From a virus, in the IMG/VR virus record IMGVR_UViG_3300047160_025247: a stretch of DNA of 37,537 nucleotides; one strand, written 5' to 3'. Position 1 is the stretch's first letter. Each line of letters opens with the position of its first letter. The translations under genes were made by a program, and so were the position numbers. Below the pieces are notes generated by a model. It ran no database searches and was not told the DNA's origin. It saw only the letters and a program-made list of their open reading frames with translations. Shown piece after piece: positions 24,698 to 34,102 of the stretch.

Positions 24698-24871
24698 ATG
24701 GCACGCACCCTCCCTGAAGCTCAACAGCTCGAAGCCGTGACTCTGCTGGAGAAACTTGCAGAGTTCAAGACACTCGATCCCTACGGCGTGCACAGCGGTA
24801 GTTCGCACAACCTGTACCACATCCGCGAGCTGGCTCGCAGGGCCGATGAGCTGCTGAAGAAGCAGTCATGA
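24698..24871 (+). CDS. Hypothetical protein (57 aa, not in ORF track)
   Basis: GAGG RBS, ATG 24698 MARTLPEAQQLEAV..., ATGA overlap with next gene. Confidence 0.5.
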   Translation: MARTLPEAQQLEAVTLLEKLAEFKTLDPYGVHSGSSHNLYHIRELARRADELLKKQS

Positions 24872-25185
24872 CACCCCAGCAGCTCGCCGCCGATCTCGGT
24901 CTCGATCCCGCCGACCCCATCGTGCTCCGCACCTGCACGATGCTGTCGAACAACATCAACGAGGCTGCCGCGTGCCGCAAGCTCGCTGGCATGTCGCTGA
25001 GCGATGTGCGGCTCGCGGTCGGTGCTGGGACGGTGACGATGGAGGAGGCGACTGCCTACTTCAAGGTGTGGGTCATCGGCAAGTCGTCGTACCGCTGGGA
25101 CGACAAGCTCGGCGCCCAGGCGCTGTCAGCGAAGCTCGGGCCGAGCGGCGAAGACGTCTGGCACTGCTGCAGCGTGCTCGGATAG
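24868..25185 (+). CDS. Hypothetical protein (105 aa)
   Basis: Operon-fitting ORF. Confidence 0.55.
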   Translation: MTPQQLAADLGLDPADPIVLRTCTMLSNNINEAAACRKLAGMSLSDVRLAVGAGTVTMEEATAYFKVWVIGKSSYRWDDKLGAQALSAKLGPSGEDVWHCCSVLG

Positions 25186-25193
25186 GAGGAACC

Positions 25194-25760
25194 ATGATCC
25201 CCAAGAAAATGAGCGCCAAGCAGCGCGAGATCACCAAGTACATGAGCGACGAGGAGAAGAAGGAGCACTTCGCTCGCGTTCATGCCGAGGCTCGCGAAGC
25301 ACGGCGCCAGTCACGAACCCCGCGAGGGATCGAGTGGACCAACCACAAGAAGCTCAGCGGGAACATGAACTTCGAGCTGACGACCGATGGTAAGAAGTTC
25401 GTGCTCGCGATGACGACGAACAACCCCGCGGCACGCCTGCTGCTCGAAACACTTCAGAAGCTGTCGAAAACGACGCTTCCGGTCAGACGCTTCACGGTCG
25501 GTAACAGCGGGAAGCAGCTGATCGAGGTCGATGTGTCGTGCTTCTACGACACCGCGAAGCTGCTCGCGCTCGCCGGCTGTCAGCCGATCCCGGAGAAGTG
25601 CGCCAAGTGCGACGGTTACGGTGCGTTCAACCACAACGGCTCGCCGGATCGCTTCGCACACGTCACGATCTCCGGCGGTGGCAAGCTCTGCCCGATCTGC
25701 AGGGGCTCGGGTCGCGCGCTGTCGGATCCGACCGAAGAGACCGAACCGACGGACGACTGA
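25194..25760 (+). CDS. Hypothetical protein with DnaJ-type CxxCxGxG zinc-finger repeats
   Basis: CAKCDGYG and CPICRGSG; AGGAGG RBS. Confidence 0.65.
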   Translation: MIPKKMSAKQREITKYMSDEEKKEHFARVHAEAREARRQSRTPRGIEWTNHKKLSGNMNFELTTDGKKFVLAMTTNNPAARLLLETLQKLSKTTLPVRRFTVGNSGKQLIEVDVSCFYDTAKLLALAGCQPIPEKCAKCDGYGAFNHNGSPDRFAHVTISGGGKLCPICRGSGRALSDPTEETEPTDD

Positions 25761-25825
25761 TCGCGCACGCCACGATGCGCGCTCCACCCATCATCACCGC
25801 TACACTCTGCTCAGGAGACCGTGCC

Positions 25826-26347
25826 ATGGCTAAATCCACCGCCAACAAGCTGAAGAAGGTTCACTTCCTCGACGCGATGCGCCCGGCGCTCGCCATCGCG
25901 CTCGACGCGATCGGCAGCACCAAGGACCAACGCGAGCAGGTGAAGTCCGGCATCTACGACGTCGAAGCCACGCTGCGCATCCGCACCGTGCTCAAGGTCG
26001 GCGAGGACGCACCGGTCAAGCAGGTGAACAAGATCGAGCCGTGGACCATCATCGCGCTGCTGCTCGACAAGCTGCCGGGCACCAAGATCGACGAGGTCAT
26101 CGCCGAGGCTGATGCGCTGCTGCAGATCAAGGAGAAGGAGGAAGGCCTGCGCGAGCGCGCCACCGCGGCCGAGGAGCGCGCTCAGCATGTGCTCGACACC
26201 GTCAAGCCGGCGGCGGTCGACGGCATCGACGCGATCAAGGAGGGCACCAAGCAGATGCGCAAGGGCGCCGTGAAGGTCGAGGACGTCGAGATCAAGGTCA
26301 TCGACGAGCAGGTGAAGCTCCACGTCGCGGCGGTCGCGAAGAAGTAG
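25826..26347 (+). CDS. Hypothetical protein (173 aa)
   Basis: AGGAG RBS; strong codon bias. Confidence 0.7.
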   Translation: MAKSTANKLKKVHFLDAMRPALAIALDAIGSTKDQREQVKSGIYDVEATLRIRTVLKVGEDAPVKQVNKIEPWTIIALLLDKLPGTKIDEVIAEADALLQIKEKEEGLRERATAAEERAQHVLDTVKPAAVDGIDAIKEGTKQMRKGAVKVEDVEIKVIDEQVKLHVAAVAKK

Positions 26348-26349
26348 CC

Positions 26350-26634
26350 ATGCCCGCTCGTAACGCCTACCGGATGTGGATACCGCAAGCTCCTCCCCGT
26401 GATTTCACGGTGGAAGAGATTGCGCTGTTCTACGTCCGGCGCGGTGTTCCAACGAAGACCAAGCTCGTGTCCTTTGTGACGAATGTTCTCGCTGGAGGCC
26501 CGCGGTACTACATGTATCAGGCCGAGCACATCCGTCAGCAACCGAAAGCGATCAAGGCGATTTCTCGATTGATCAATGCGGGCGTAATCCTTCGCGGTTC
26601 GAAATGGCCGCACCACATCAGGCTCGGAGTTTAG
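26350..26634 (+). CDS. Hypothetical protein (94 aa)
   Basis: Tightly packed ORF. Confidence 0.5.
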   Translation: MPARNAYRMWIPQAPPRDFTVEEIALFYVRRGVPTKTKLVSFVTNVLAGGPRYYMYQAEHIRQQPKAIKAISRLINAGVILRGSKWPHHIRLGV

Positions 26635-26636
26635 CC

Positions 26637-26882
26637 ATGCCTCTCTTCACCATTAAGCTCATCGACGCTTCGCAGGACTTCCGCGCCAAGATCCACACAA
26701 TCAAAGCGGTGCGCGAGCTGCTCGGGCTCAGTCTGCCGGAAGCCAAGGCGTTCGTCGAGAGCGCTCCGGTCACCGTGAAGAAGAAGAACCTCACCCTCGC
26801 GGAGGCCGAGGCGATCGAGCTGCCGCTCATGAAGGCCGGAGCGTCGACGGCGAAGATCACCCAGAGCGGGCCGGAGAAGTAG
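26637..26882 (+). CDS. Ribosomal protein L7/L12 C-terminal domain-like protein
   Basis: KIHTIKAVRELLGLSLPEAKAFVESAP...LTLAEAEAI...L.KAGA matches the bL12 CTD pattern. Confidence 0.75.
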   Translation: MPLFTIKLIDASQDFRAKIHTIKAVRELLGLSLPEAKAFVESAPVTVKKKNLTLAEAEAIELPLMKAGASTAKITQSGPEK

Positions 26883-27055
26883 TCGTGCCTCGTCGCACCT
26901 ACACCGGCCGCGCTAGGGACTATTTCTTCTCGGTCAACTCCGTGGCGTGCACCTGTCGTCACTGCGGCAAGACGGTGAAGAAGAACGCCTTCGCGATGGC
27001 CGGTCATCTCAACAGCATTCTGTGCTCGCGCAGGCGAGCGGCGAAAGGGTAAGAC

Positions 27056-27463
27056 ATGGGCGCTTCCTCCCGCGGGCTCACGACCAACAGCGGTACGGTC
27101 GAGACCAACCACTTGATGTTGTCGATGATTCTCTTCGACTGCGTCGCGGTGATCTGTTCCACACTGAGCGCTAAGGACGAGATCAGCGACGAGTTCGGCG
27201 ACAACTCCTACACGTGGATGGTTCGCGCCGCTAAGGATGCCCGGGAGCTGATCCTCGCACGCCGGTGCCTAGTCAAGCTCATCGAGGCGGACCGAGTCGA
27301 TCACACGGCGTGCATCAAGGTCCGCGATCGGGTCGCCAAGCTCGTCGAGCCGTACGACATCGTTCTGGCCGAAGGGGGTCTGACGAGCCCGGTTCTGAAG
27401 CTGAAACTTCCTCAAGGGTGGTCGAACGAGCCTGATGGGAAGCTCTGGGCGGTGCCGAGGTAA
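27056..27463 (+). CDS. Hypothetical protein (135 aa)
   Basis: ORF track; start uncertain. Confidence 0.5.
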   Translation: MGASSRGLTTNSGTVETNHLMLSMILFDCVAVICSTLSAKDEISDEFGDNSYTWMVRAAKDARELILARRCLVKLIEADRVDHTACIKVRDRVAKLVEPYDIVLAEGGLTSPVLKLKLPQGWSNEPDGKLWAVPR

Positions 27464-27627
27464 CTTCCAATGCTTGCAGTCTGGTCTTTCTTCTACCGCG
27501 GCAAAGAGTACTGTGTCCTCTGTGTCAAGAAGGGACGGTGGCCGTTGATGGTCTTCAACGCTGCTACCGGAGCTTCGGTTACCGACAAAGCGACGCTTGC
27601 GATAGCGTTTTCTGATAAGGCGCATTC

Positions 27628-27966
27628 ATGAGTCAACTCACCCTCTCAGAAACAACCGGTCGCCGGCTCAGCGAGCTGATCGCTGTGGAAGTGATGCAGT
27701 GGAAGAAGGTCGAGCCGTCCCCTTACGTCGGTGAGAAGCTCCATTGGGTGTCGGGCCCGAACTCCAACTCCTTCGAGTCCTTCGGCACCTCTTGGAGGCC
27801 AGACAGCAACATCAAGCACGCGTGGCGGGTGGTGGCGCGCGTCGGGGAACGAGAACTCCTCGCCTGCTTCAAGAGCCACCTCCATGTCGATTTCTTCCGG
27901 TTGTCCGAACACGAAGCGTGCGTTGCGATCTGCGAAGCCGCTCTAGAGTGTGTGCGAGGGAAGTAG
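27628..27966 (+). CDS. Phage ABA-sandwich-like protein
   Basis: LIAVEVMQW...WRPDSNIKHAWRVV...AICEAAL pattern. Confidence 0.6.
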   Translation: MSQLTLSETTGRRLSELIAVEVMQWKKVEPSPYVGEKLHWVSGPNSNSFESFGTSWRPDSNIKHAWRVVARVGERELLACFKSHLHVDFFRLSEHEACVAICEAALECVRGK

Positions 27967-27968
27967 CT

Positions 27969-28361
27969 ATGGAAGGCTCTGAAATCCCGCAGGTCAATCA
28001 GACCGCGCCGAACCTGGATCGCCGTGTGCAGAAGCATCCCGTGCTCGGGATGCCGTACGAGCCGCAGGTTCAGAGGTATAGGAGCACACGTGAGGCGTTC
28101 GCACTAATGGCAGCGCTCGCGCTGATGCCGGAGCGGCAGTTCGACCCCCATGCCGAGGCGATCGTGCTCGACGAGCGTCCCACCGAGCGTGACCTGGAAG
28201 CTGATCGCATCGCGCGCCGGCGCCACGCCGAGGAGATGGATCGTCGCGAGGCGGCCGAGGCCAAGCGTCGCACCGAGGAGCGCGCCGTCGCCGACAAGAT
28301 CCAGGAAGAGCGACGTCGCCGGAAGGCTGAGAACTTCGCGAAGCGGCAGCCGAAGAAGTAG
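27969..28361 (+). CDS. Hypothetical protein, charged helical C-terminus
   Basis: ATG right after upstream stop. Confidence 0.55.
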   Translation: MEGSEIPQVNQTAPNLDRRVQKHPVLGMPYEPQVQRYRSTREAFALMAALALMPERQFDPHAEAIVLDERPTERDLEADRIARRRHAEEMDRREAAEAKRRTEERAVADKIQEERRRRKAENFAKRQPKK

Positions 28362-28363
28362 CT

Positions 28364-28651
28364 ATGCCGCGCTACATGGTCTTGGCGACAACCGAAGACT
28401 TCAAGAGCTACAACGGGAAGAAGGTCACGGTCGTCCGTGTCATGAACGTCGCTGACCCAAGAGAATATCCACGCAAGTTTGTGTGGATCGACGAGGACGG
28501 AACCGCGTCGTGCTGCTCGTGTCAGGGAAAGCTGACGCCGATGAGCGAAAGCTGCCCACATTCACGCGCGGCTAAGCGCGCCTTCCTCGCGAAGAAGATC
28601 GTTCCTCTCGACAGCCAGAGCAAAGAGACACGGCAGGCGAGCCGCCCATGA
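28364..28651 (+). CDS. SWIM-type zinc finger protein
   Basis: CSC-x9-CPH. Confidence 0.55.
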   Translation: MPRYMVLATTEDFKSYNGKKVTVVRVMNVADPREYPRKFVWIDEDGTASCCSCQGKLTPMSESCPHSRAAKRAFLAKKIVPLDSQSKETRQASRP

Positions 28652-28986
28652 GGACTCCGGCCGAGTGGGAGCGGATCCGCATGACCGGCACGGATCTCAC
28701 CACCGACGAGCAGAAGCTTCGTCAGCTACCGTACGCCGACTTCATCGCCGCAGTGCAGCGCGACGCACGCGTCGAGTGGACCGTGAGCTTCCACCCCGTT
28801 GACGATGGAACCGTCTTCGCCTGTGTCCTCTTCTGTCCAGAGTGCTGCGCGCAGCACATCGACCGCGGCGAGTGGGCAACCAAGCCGCACCGGACGCATC
28901 TCTGTGAGGTATGCGGGCACAAGTGGCGGCCGTCAGAGTACGCGACGGTCGGCGTGTACTCGGTATCGCCGCTTACCGTAATCTGA
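28648..28986 (+). CDS. Zinc-ribbon protein
   Basis: CPECCAQHIDRGEWATKPHRTHLCEVCG. Confidence 0.6.
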   Translation: MRTPAEWERIRMTGTDLTTDEQKLRQLPYADFIAAVQRDARVEWTVSFHPVDDGTVFACVLFCPECCAQHIDRGEWATKPHRTHLCEVCGHKWRPSEYATVGVYSVSPLTVI

Positions 28987-29035
28987 CTTGCATATGCAAA
29001 ACGCGGTGTAGAAGGTTCGGCAGCGAGGCTGAGCC

Positions 29036-29314
29036 ATGGGTAAGCAGAAATTTCCACCGGCCGTGGCTCACGAGCTGCGCGTCGACACGCAGAAGATCAA
29101 CGAGCGGGAAGCGCGTCGCATCGCTATGAAGCATCTCTTCATCGAGCGCGTCGCCGAGTACCTCACCACCAACGTCGCGCACAAGTCCATCCTGCTGCAG
29201 ATGGGGAAGGCCGAGGGCCGCGAATGGGCGATGATCGCCAACGCGATCCCTGGCGGCAACGGCTACGACGACAAGGCCAAGCGCATCGAGCAGCTCACGG
29301 AACTGTTGAAGTAG
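29036..29314 (+). CDS. Hypothetical protein (92 aa)
   Basis: GAGG RBS; codon bias. Confidence 0.55.
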   Translation: MGKQKFPPAVAHELRVDTQKINEREARRIAMKHLFIERVAEYLTTNVAHKSILLQMGKAEGREWAMIANAIPGGNGYDDKAKRIEQLTELLK

Positions 29315-29316
29315 CT

Positions 29317-29532
29317 ATGCCAGAGTATGCGTTGGATCAAAGTCGGATCGGTACATTCACGCCTACCGGCATTCTCGTCCGCGCCTATCAGGTCGTGGAC
29401 GGATGCAAAGTGTGGGGTAACCACGACATCGCCTATCTCGCCAAAACCAGCCTGATCGATTTTCTTCAGTCGCGTGGACAGAAGAACGAGTGGGCGGAAC
29501 AGATCGTCCTTCTGATCATGGGGCACTCCTAA
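29317..29532 (+). CDS. Hypothetical protein (71 aa)
   Basis: ATG right after upstream stop; TAATG coupling downstream. Confidence 0.5.
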   Translation: MPEYALDQSRIGTFTPTGILVRAYQVVDGCKVWGNHDIAYLAKTSLIDFLQSRGQKNEWAEQIVLLIMGHS

Positions 29533-29999
29533 TGTTCTCTGGCACCCTTCTCCTCTGTGACGGCTGCGACCGTATGTCGAGCGGCAAGTGGCTGATCTTC
29601 GGTCTCTACGATCGCATCGACATCCAGGGGGCCACTGGCGTCCATGACCTCGCGTTCTACGCGAAGATCTTCACGTTGTACGAAGGTAAGCTCGATCTCA
29701 CGCTTGCGATCTACAACCGTCAGGAGGGCAACGCGAACCCGCGACCACAGGTGCAGATCACCGCGCCGATGACGCTGAGCACAAATCCTGGAGTGCTGCA
29801 GGATGCGATCCCCGGCTATGAAGCTGGTCTGACCGTGCAGCAGGCGCACTTCCACGTCACCGACGAGCAGCGCATCAAGCAGGAGGACACGCTCATACCC
29901 TTCGACGCCGTGCTGAGCACCAACGGTAACGAGATCGCGCGCTGCCGCTTCTCGGTTGCCTTCCATCTGAAGCCGCAAGTCAAGACCTCGCTTATTTAG
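29532..29999 (+). CDS. Hypothetical beta-rich protein
   Basis: LLLCD...SGKWLIFGLYDRI N-terminus. Confidence 0.6.
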   Translation: MFSGTLLLCDGCDRMSSGKWLIFGLYDRIDIQGATGVHDLAFYAKIFTLYEGKLDLTLAIYNRQEGNANPRPQVQITAPMTLSTNPGVLQDAIPGYEAGLTVQQAHFHVTDEQRIKQEDTLIPFDAVLSTNGNEIARCRFSVAFHLKPQVKTSLI

Positions 30000-30007
30000 G
30001 AGACATC

Positions 30008-30562
30008 ATGGGTATCGATCGCATCTACTGCCGCGTTACTCCGAATTCTCCTGCCGCGGAGGCAGTCGAGAAGCTCGACAAGCAGCACCGGACGGCTGCC
30101 GAGGCGACGATCGCGCTCTTCAAAGAGTTGCGAATTCCGAAGGACTTCAACCCGTTCGAGTGCAACGGCGTCGTCCTCGGCTTCGCGAGCAATCCGCGAC
30201 AGGCGTCGATCGACTGGACGAAGGAGCATCTGGACAAGTACCGGCTCAATAGAGACCGTTACACGGTGCCGCGACGGGATACGTCGGAGGGGAAGCATAT
30301 TTCGGCGAAGTTCCGCGCTCTCCCGAAGTTCCCGAATGAATCCGAGACCAACAAGGCCTTCGGCCTGCCGGCGCACATCTTCGTTGGCATGTCGGTTACC
30401 TGGGTGTCGCTTGTTCGGCCAAAGGGATCCGATCCTATCGTCGGCATTCCATGGACCGCGTGGCGCGATAAGCGGGACAATATGCCGGTCGGTCTGGAGA
30501 AGCTGGAGACCGAGGTCGCGCTAACGATCATCGAAGGTGACAAGAAGAAAAAAGCCTCGTGA
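30008..30562 (+). CDS. Hypothetical protein (184 aa)
   Basis: AGGAG RBS. Confidence 0.65.
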   Translation: MGIDRIYCRVTPNSPAAEAVEKLDKQHRTAAEATIALFKELRIPKDFNPFECNGVVLGFASNPRQASIDWTKEHLDKYRLNRDRYTVPRRDTSEGKHISAKFRALPKFPNESETNKAFGLPAHIFVGMSVTWVSLVRPKGSDPIVGIPWTAWRDKRDNMPVGLEKLETEVALTIIEGDKKKKAS

Positions 30563-30834
30563 TGCGCTTTGCCGTCTTCTCGTGTGTGGCGCTCAGCGCG
30601 TGCACCTGCGACATTCACATCGACACTGGAACCCCGACGGCTTCGGTGGTTAAAGTGGCACCAGCATCGAAAGATGGCTTCGAGCACGCCGAGTCGAACA
30701 TCACTGACCAACAGACGCTTGATCGCCTTGTCGCTCATGGATGGCAGGTCGTTGATGGCCCGGTGACATTTCAGGCGCAGCGCCCCTACCACCTCAAACG
30801 ACCGCTTCTCGCGGAGAAGCAGGAGAAGCGCTAG
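30559..30834 (+). CDS. Putative lipoprotein
   Basis: MRFAVFSCVALSAC lipobox-like signal. Confidence 0.5.
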   Translation: MMRFAVFSCVALSACTCDIHIDTGTPTASVVKVAPASKDGFEHAESNITDQQTLDRLVAHGWQVVDGPVTFQAQRPYHLKRPLLAEKQEKR

Positions 30835-31068
30835 ATGCCCCGTCTCTTCTTCATCCTGGCGACGCTTTTCTCGTTTTTCGGTGGTTACGTCATCGCGAGT
30901 GTTCAACTCCCGTGGTCGCTCCGGTGGCTTGGCTTCATGCTACCTGTTGGGTGCTATGCAATGTCGCTCAGCGCGGAGTTGATAGTGTCGCAAGAAGCGT
31001 GGAAGCGCGGCTTCGACAAGCGCGGCGAGATCGAAGACAAGCACCGCAAGGAGCGCGAGCAGCCGTGA
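30835..31068 (+). CDS. Small two-TM membrane protein
   Basis: Two hydrophobic segments, charged tail. Confidence 0.55.
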   Translation: MPRLFFILATLFSFFGGYVIASVQLPWSLRWLGFMLPVGCYAMSLSAELIVSQEAWKRGFDKRGEIEDKHRKEREQP

Positions 31069-31526
31069 TCCTCGTCTTCGCCGGCCAAGAGAACAGCCCG
31101 ACGATGCCGGGCATGCACCACCTCATCGGCACCTGCGACACGCAGCAGGAGGCGATGCAGGGGTTCGAGATGTGGTGCTCGGCCGAGCGCGCCGGTTGGT
31201 ACGCCACGCTGTCGCGCGTACACCCGGTTCCACAGGCACAGGAGATCGCGAAGCGTGCCCGCTTCTGGTATCAGCTCGCCGAGCACCGGCCAGGGCAGGA
31301 TCCTGAGTACGTGATCGTCGCCGAATCCGGGCGATCGGGTACGACGTACGGTGCCGACGCTGAGCTGCACTACGCGCGCCAAGCGCTCCTCGCGTTCAAC
31401 CGCGGCGAGATGCAAGGCCAGGATGGGGATGAGGGTCAGGCGCGAGCCGAGTTCCAGGCCGCAGAAGAATTCACTAACAAGTGGCAGGTCGAATTCGCGA
31501 AGTCGAAGGAGCTGGGTCATGGATAA
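31065..31526 (+). CDS. Hypothetical protein (153 aa)
   Basis: GTG overlapping upstream stop, AAGGAG upstream. Confidence 0.55.
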   Translation: MILVFAGQENSPTMPGMHHLIGTCDTQQEAMQGFEMWCSAERAGWYATLSRVHPVPQAQEIAKRARFWYQLAEHRPGQDPEYVIVAESGRSGTTYGADAELHYARQALLAFNRGEMQGQDGDEGQARAEFQAAEEFTNKWQVEFAKSKELGHG

Positions 31527-31704
31527 AGACAAGTACGTCATCGTCCAGTCACCAACCCTCGGCGGCCTTCAGGCCCTTGTGAACGCTGCGATCGAGAAGA
31601 GCTACATCCCGGTTGGCGGACCAACCGCGGCGGAGATCCGCGATCTGAAGGTGTGGATCCAGGCAATGGTTCTGAGCACGGTGTTCCCCGGCGGCCACCA
31701 CTGA
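31519..31704 (+). CDS. DUF1737-like small protein
   Basis: YVIV...L...VNAAIEKSYIPVGG...WIQAMV. Confidence 0.6.
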   Translation: MDKDKYVIVQSPTLGGLQALVNAAIEKSYIPVGGPTAAEIRDLKVWIQAMVLSTVFPGGHH

Positions 31705-31705
31705 C

Positions 31706-32062
31706 ATGCATTACGACCTCCACAAGCCGTGCAACAACTGCCCGTTCCTCCGCAAGGGAGGGATCCGGCTGCATCCGTCCCGCGTGCGCGAGATCGCCGG
31801 GATGATGCTGAGCACTGCTGGCGGAGATTTCCCGTGCCACAAGACGACGGTCGAAGCCCGCGACGGGTTTGACCGTCGTGCTACGAAGGACAGCCGGCAC
31901 TGCGCAGGCGCGCTGATCTTCGCCGAGAAGAACGGCAACGCGACCCAGCTGATGCGGATCATGGAGCGGCTTGGGTTCTATGACGCACAGGCGCTGATGA
32001 AGGACAAGTCGATCACCGAGCTGGTGTTCGACGACATGAAAGAGATGCTGGACGCCAAATGA
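31706..32062 (+). CDS. Cys-rich phage protein
   Basis: PCNNCPF...FPCHKT...HCAGA. Confidence 0.65.
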   Translation: MHYDLHKPCNNCPFLRKGGIRLHPSRVREIAGMMLSTAGGDFPCHKTTVEARDGFDRRATKDSRHCAGALIFAEKNGNATQLMRIMERLGFYDAQALMKDKSITELVFDDMKEMLDAK

Positions 32063-32484
32063 GTGAAACCGTCTTTCTGTCCGACCTCCCGCCGGAGGTT
32101 ATCGCCTTCTTCACCAACGGGTGCGGCCCTCGCAAGCCGCGGCCCGGCGAGCAGCTGAAGTGGTGGAAGCGGATCCTCCGATCGATCCGTCCACCGCAGT
32201 GGCACAGCTCTGCTTCGTGCTGCCAGCACGACCTCACCTACCTCGTCGGCGGCACGTCGGACGATCGTCGTGACGGCGACTACCAACTGCGCCGCCGCAT
32301 GATCGAAGACGCCAAGACGCGTCCGTGGTGGCAGCAGCCGTGGTACCGCGGCCAGGCGTGGCTCTATTGGGCCTTCGTTCGCATCTTCGGACGCTTCCTC
32401 TTCCACTACTCGAAGGACGGGAAGAAGCGCACCGCGGCCGACATCATCAACCTCTACCACAAGATGGTGAACAGTGCCGCGTAA
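32059..32484 (+). CDS. Phospholipase A2-like / DUF1353-like protein
   Basis: NGCGP, CCQHDLTY, R..GD, Y.AFVRIFG. Confidence 0.6.
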   Translation: MSETVFLSDLPPEVIAFFTNGCGPRKPRPGEQLKWWKRILRSIRPPQWHSSASCCQHDLTYLVGGTSDDRRDGDYQLRRRMIEDAKTRPWWQQPWYRGQAWLYWAFVRIFGRFLFHYSKDGKKRTAADIINLYHKMVNSAA

Positions 32485-32761
32485 GGAGAACCGCTTCGTC
32501 AAGCTGCGCACCGCGGTCGGCTTCAGTGCGGCCGAGATGGCGGACCTGTTCGGCGTCAATCAGACGACGTGGTACCGCTGGGAGGCGAGCGGCGACGAGA
32601 CGAAGATCGACCCGCTACACCGAAAGATCCTGGAATACATGACGATGCGGTTGGGTGGTCGGCCGGTCATGAGCATCCAGGATGTTCGACAGCAGCTCGC
32701 GGTCGGCGGAACGCTTCGTGGGCTCGCAGCGTTGTTGCAGCCGCTGCTGGAGAGAGCATGA
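32474..32761 (+). CDS. XRE-family HTH regulator
   Basis: LRTAVGFSAAEMADLFGVNQTTWYRWE. Confidence 0.8.
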   Translation: MPRKENRFVKLRTAVGFSAAEMADLFGVNQTTWYRWEASGDETKIDPLHRKILEYMTMRLGGRPVMSIQDVRQQLAVGGTLRGLAALLQPLLERA

Positions 32762-33273
32762 AGTATTTTCTCGACACCGAGTTCCACGAGGAGCCCGGCA
32801 TCCTGGATCTTATCTCGCTCGGCATCGTTGCCGAGAACGGGTCCGAGTGGTATGGCGTGAGCGGGTGGTTCAACACCGACCGTTGCAACCCGTGGGTGAA
32901 GAAGAACGTGCTTCCGCACCTCCACGATCCGCGGAAGATGGTGCACGGCTTCGTTCCGAGCTTGGACACGTTTCCGCACCGCAAGAACATGGCGCACGCG
33001 CTGATGAAGTTCTTCGATGGCGACAAGAACCCCGAGTTCTGGGGTTACTATTCGGACTACGACTGGGTCGCGTTCTGCCAGATCTTCGGACGCATGGTGG
33101 ATCTGCCGGATCACTTCCCGAATTTCTGCCTCGACATCAAACAGATCATGCACCAGCACAACATCACGCGTTCCGGTCTTCCTGCAGCCTTCAAGCCGGC
33201 GCACAACGCGCTCGTCGACGCGCGGTGGACGAAGGCTGCCTACGAGCATCTCAAGCGGGAGTGCTGGGCGTGA
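32758..33273 (+). CDS. DEDDh 3'-5' exo(ribo)nuclease (Rv2179c-like)
   Basis: YFLDTEF, LISLGIV, YSDYDW, HNALVDA. Confidence 0.85.
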   Translation: MKYFLDTEFHEEPGILDLISLGIVAENGSEWYGVSGWFNTDRCNPWVKKNVLPHLHDPRKMVHGFVPSLDTFPHRKNMAHALMKFFDGDKNPEFWGYYSDYDWVAFCQIFGRMVDLPDHFPNFCLDIKQIMHQHNITRSGLPAAFKPAHNALVDARWTKAAYEHLKRECWA

Positions 33274-33836
33274 GCCAAGTCGTCTTCGATCTCGAAACGT
33301 ACCGCTCACGCAACGGTGCGAACATCAGCCGGTGCGGGTTGTTCCGCTACCTGCTGATCAGGCAGTGGGGCCCGCTCTCAGAGAGGAAGCCGCGCTACCT
33401 CGCCTTCCTCATGCTCAACCCGAGTACCGCGGACGCCGAGAAGGATGATCCGACGATCCGTCGCTGTATCGGCTTCGCGAAGTCGCTCGGCTACGATGGC
33501 ATCATCGTGGTCAACCTCTTCGCCTACCGTGCGACGATCCCGGAGGCGTTGAAGGAGGCCGTCGATCCGATCGGGCCCGACAACGATCTCTTCATCGCGG
33601 CCGTGGCTCAGTGCGGCGCCGAGATCATCTGCGCGTGGGGAACACCGCTCGCCGAGGAGCCGGAGCACAAAGCGCGCGTCAAGCATGTGTTCGCGCTGAT
33701 CGCGAAGTCGCAGCGCTCGCCAGAGCCACTCGTCTACTGCTTGGAGACATCGAAGGGCGGACACCCTCGTCATCCGCTCATGCTGAAGAAGGATCTGAAG
33801 CCCTTCCCGTTCAAGGTCGGAATGGAGGAGGCATGA
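33270..33836 (+). CDS. DUF1643-family protein
   Basis: FLMLNPSTADAEKDDPTIRRC, VNLFAYRAT, CAWG, GHPRHPL. Confidence 0.85.
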   Translation: MSQVVFDLETYRSRNGANISRCGLFRYLLIRQWGPLSERKPRYLAFLMLNPSTADAEKDDPTIRRCIGFAKSLGYDGIIVVNLFAYRATIPEALKEAVDPIGPDNDLFIAAVAQCGAEIICAWGTPLAEEPEHKARVKHVFALIAKSQRSPEPLVYCLETSKGGHPRHPLMLKKDLKPFPFKVGMEEA

Positions 33837-34102
33837 TGTACCAACCTCAGCTCGGCCCCTGCGATCAGAAGTGCATCGAGAAGATGTGCCTCGGCAAGGT
33901 CAGTCGGCTCGACGAGAAGAACGCCATTCACCAGGACACTGGCACATACCAGCGCTCGACGATCTACGCGTGCCAGTGCGGAGCCAACTGGTTCGTCGTC
34001 GAAGAGTTCAAAACCTGGGAAGACTGGCGTGGCGGAAGAAACTCGCACATCGTCATGCAGCGCACGATCCCCACACCGAAGAAGGGCACCCATGGCGGTT
34101 AA
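33833..34102 (+). CDS. Small Cys-containing hypothetical protein
   Basis: GGAGG RBS; ATGA overlap. Confidence 0.55.
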   Translation: MMYQPQLGPCDQKCIEKMCLGKVSRLDEKNAIHQDTGTYQRSTIYACQCGANWFVVEEFKTWEDWRGGRNSHIVMQRTIPTPKKGTHGG

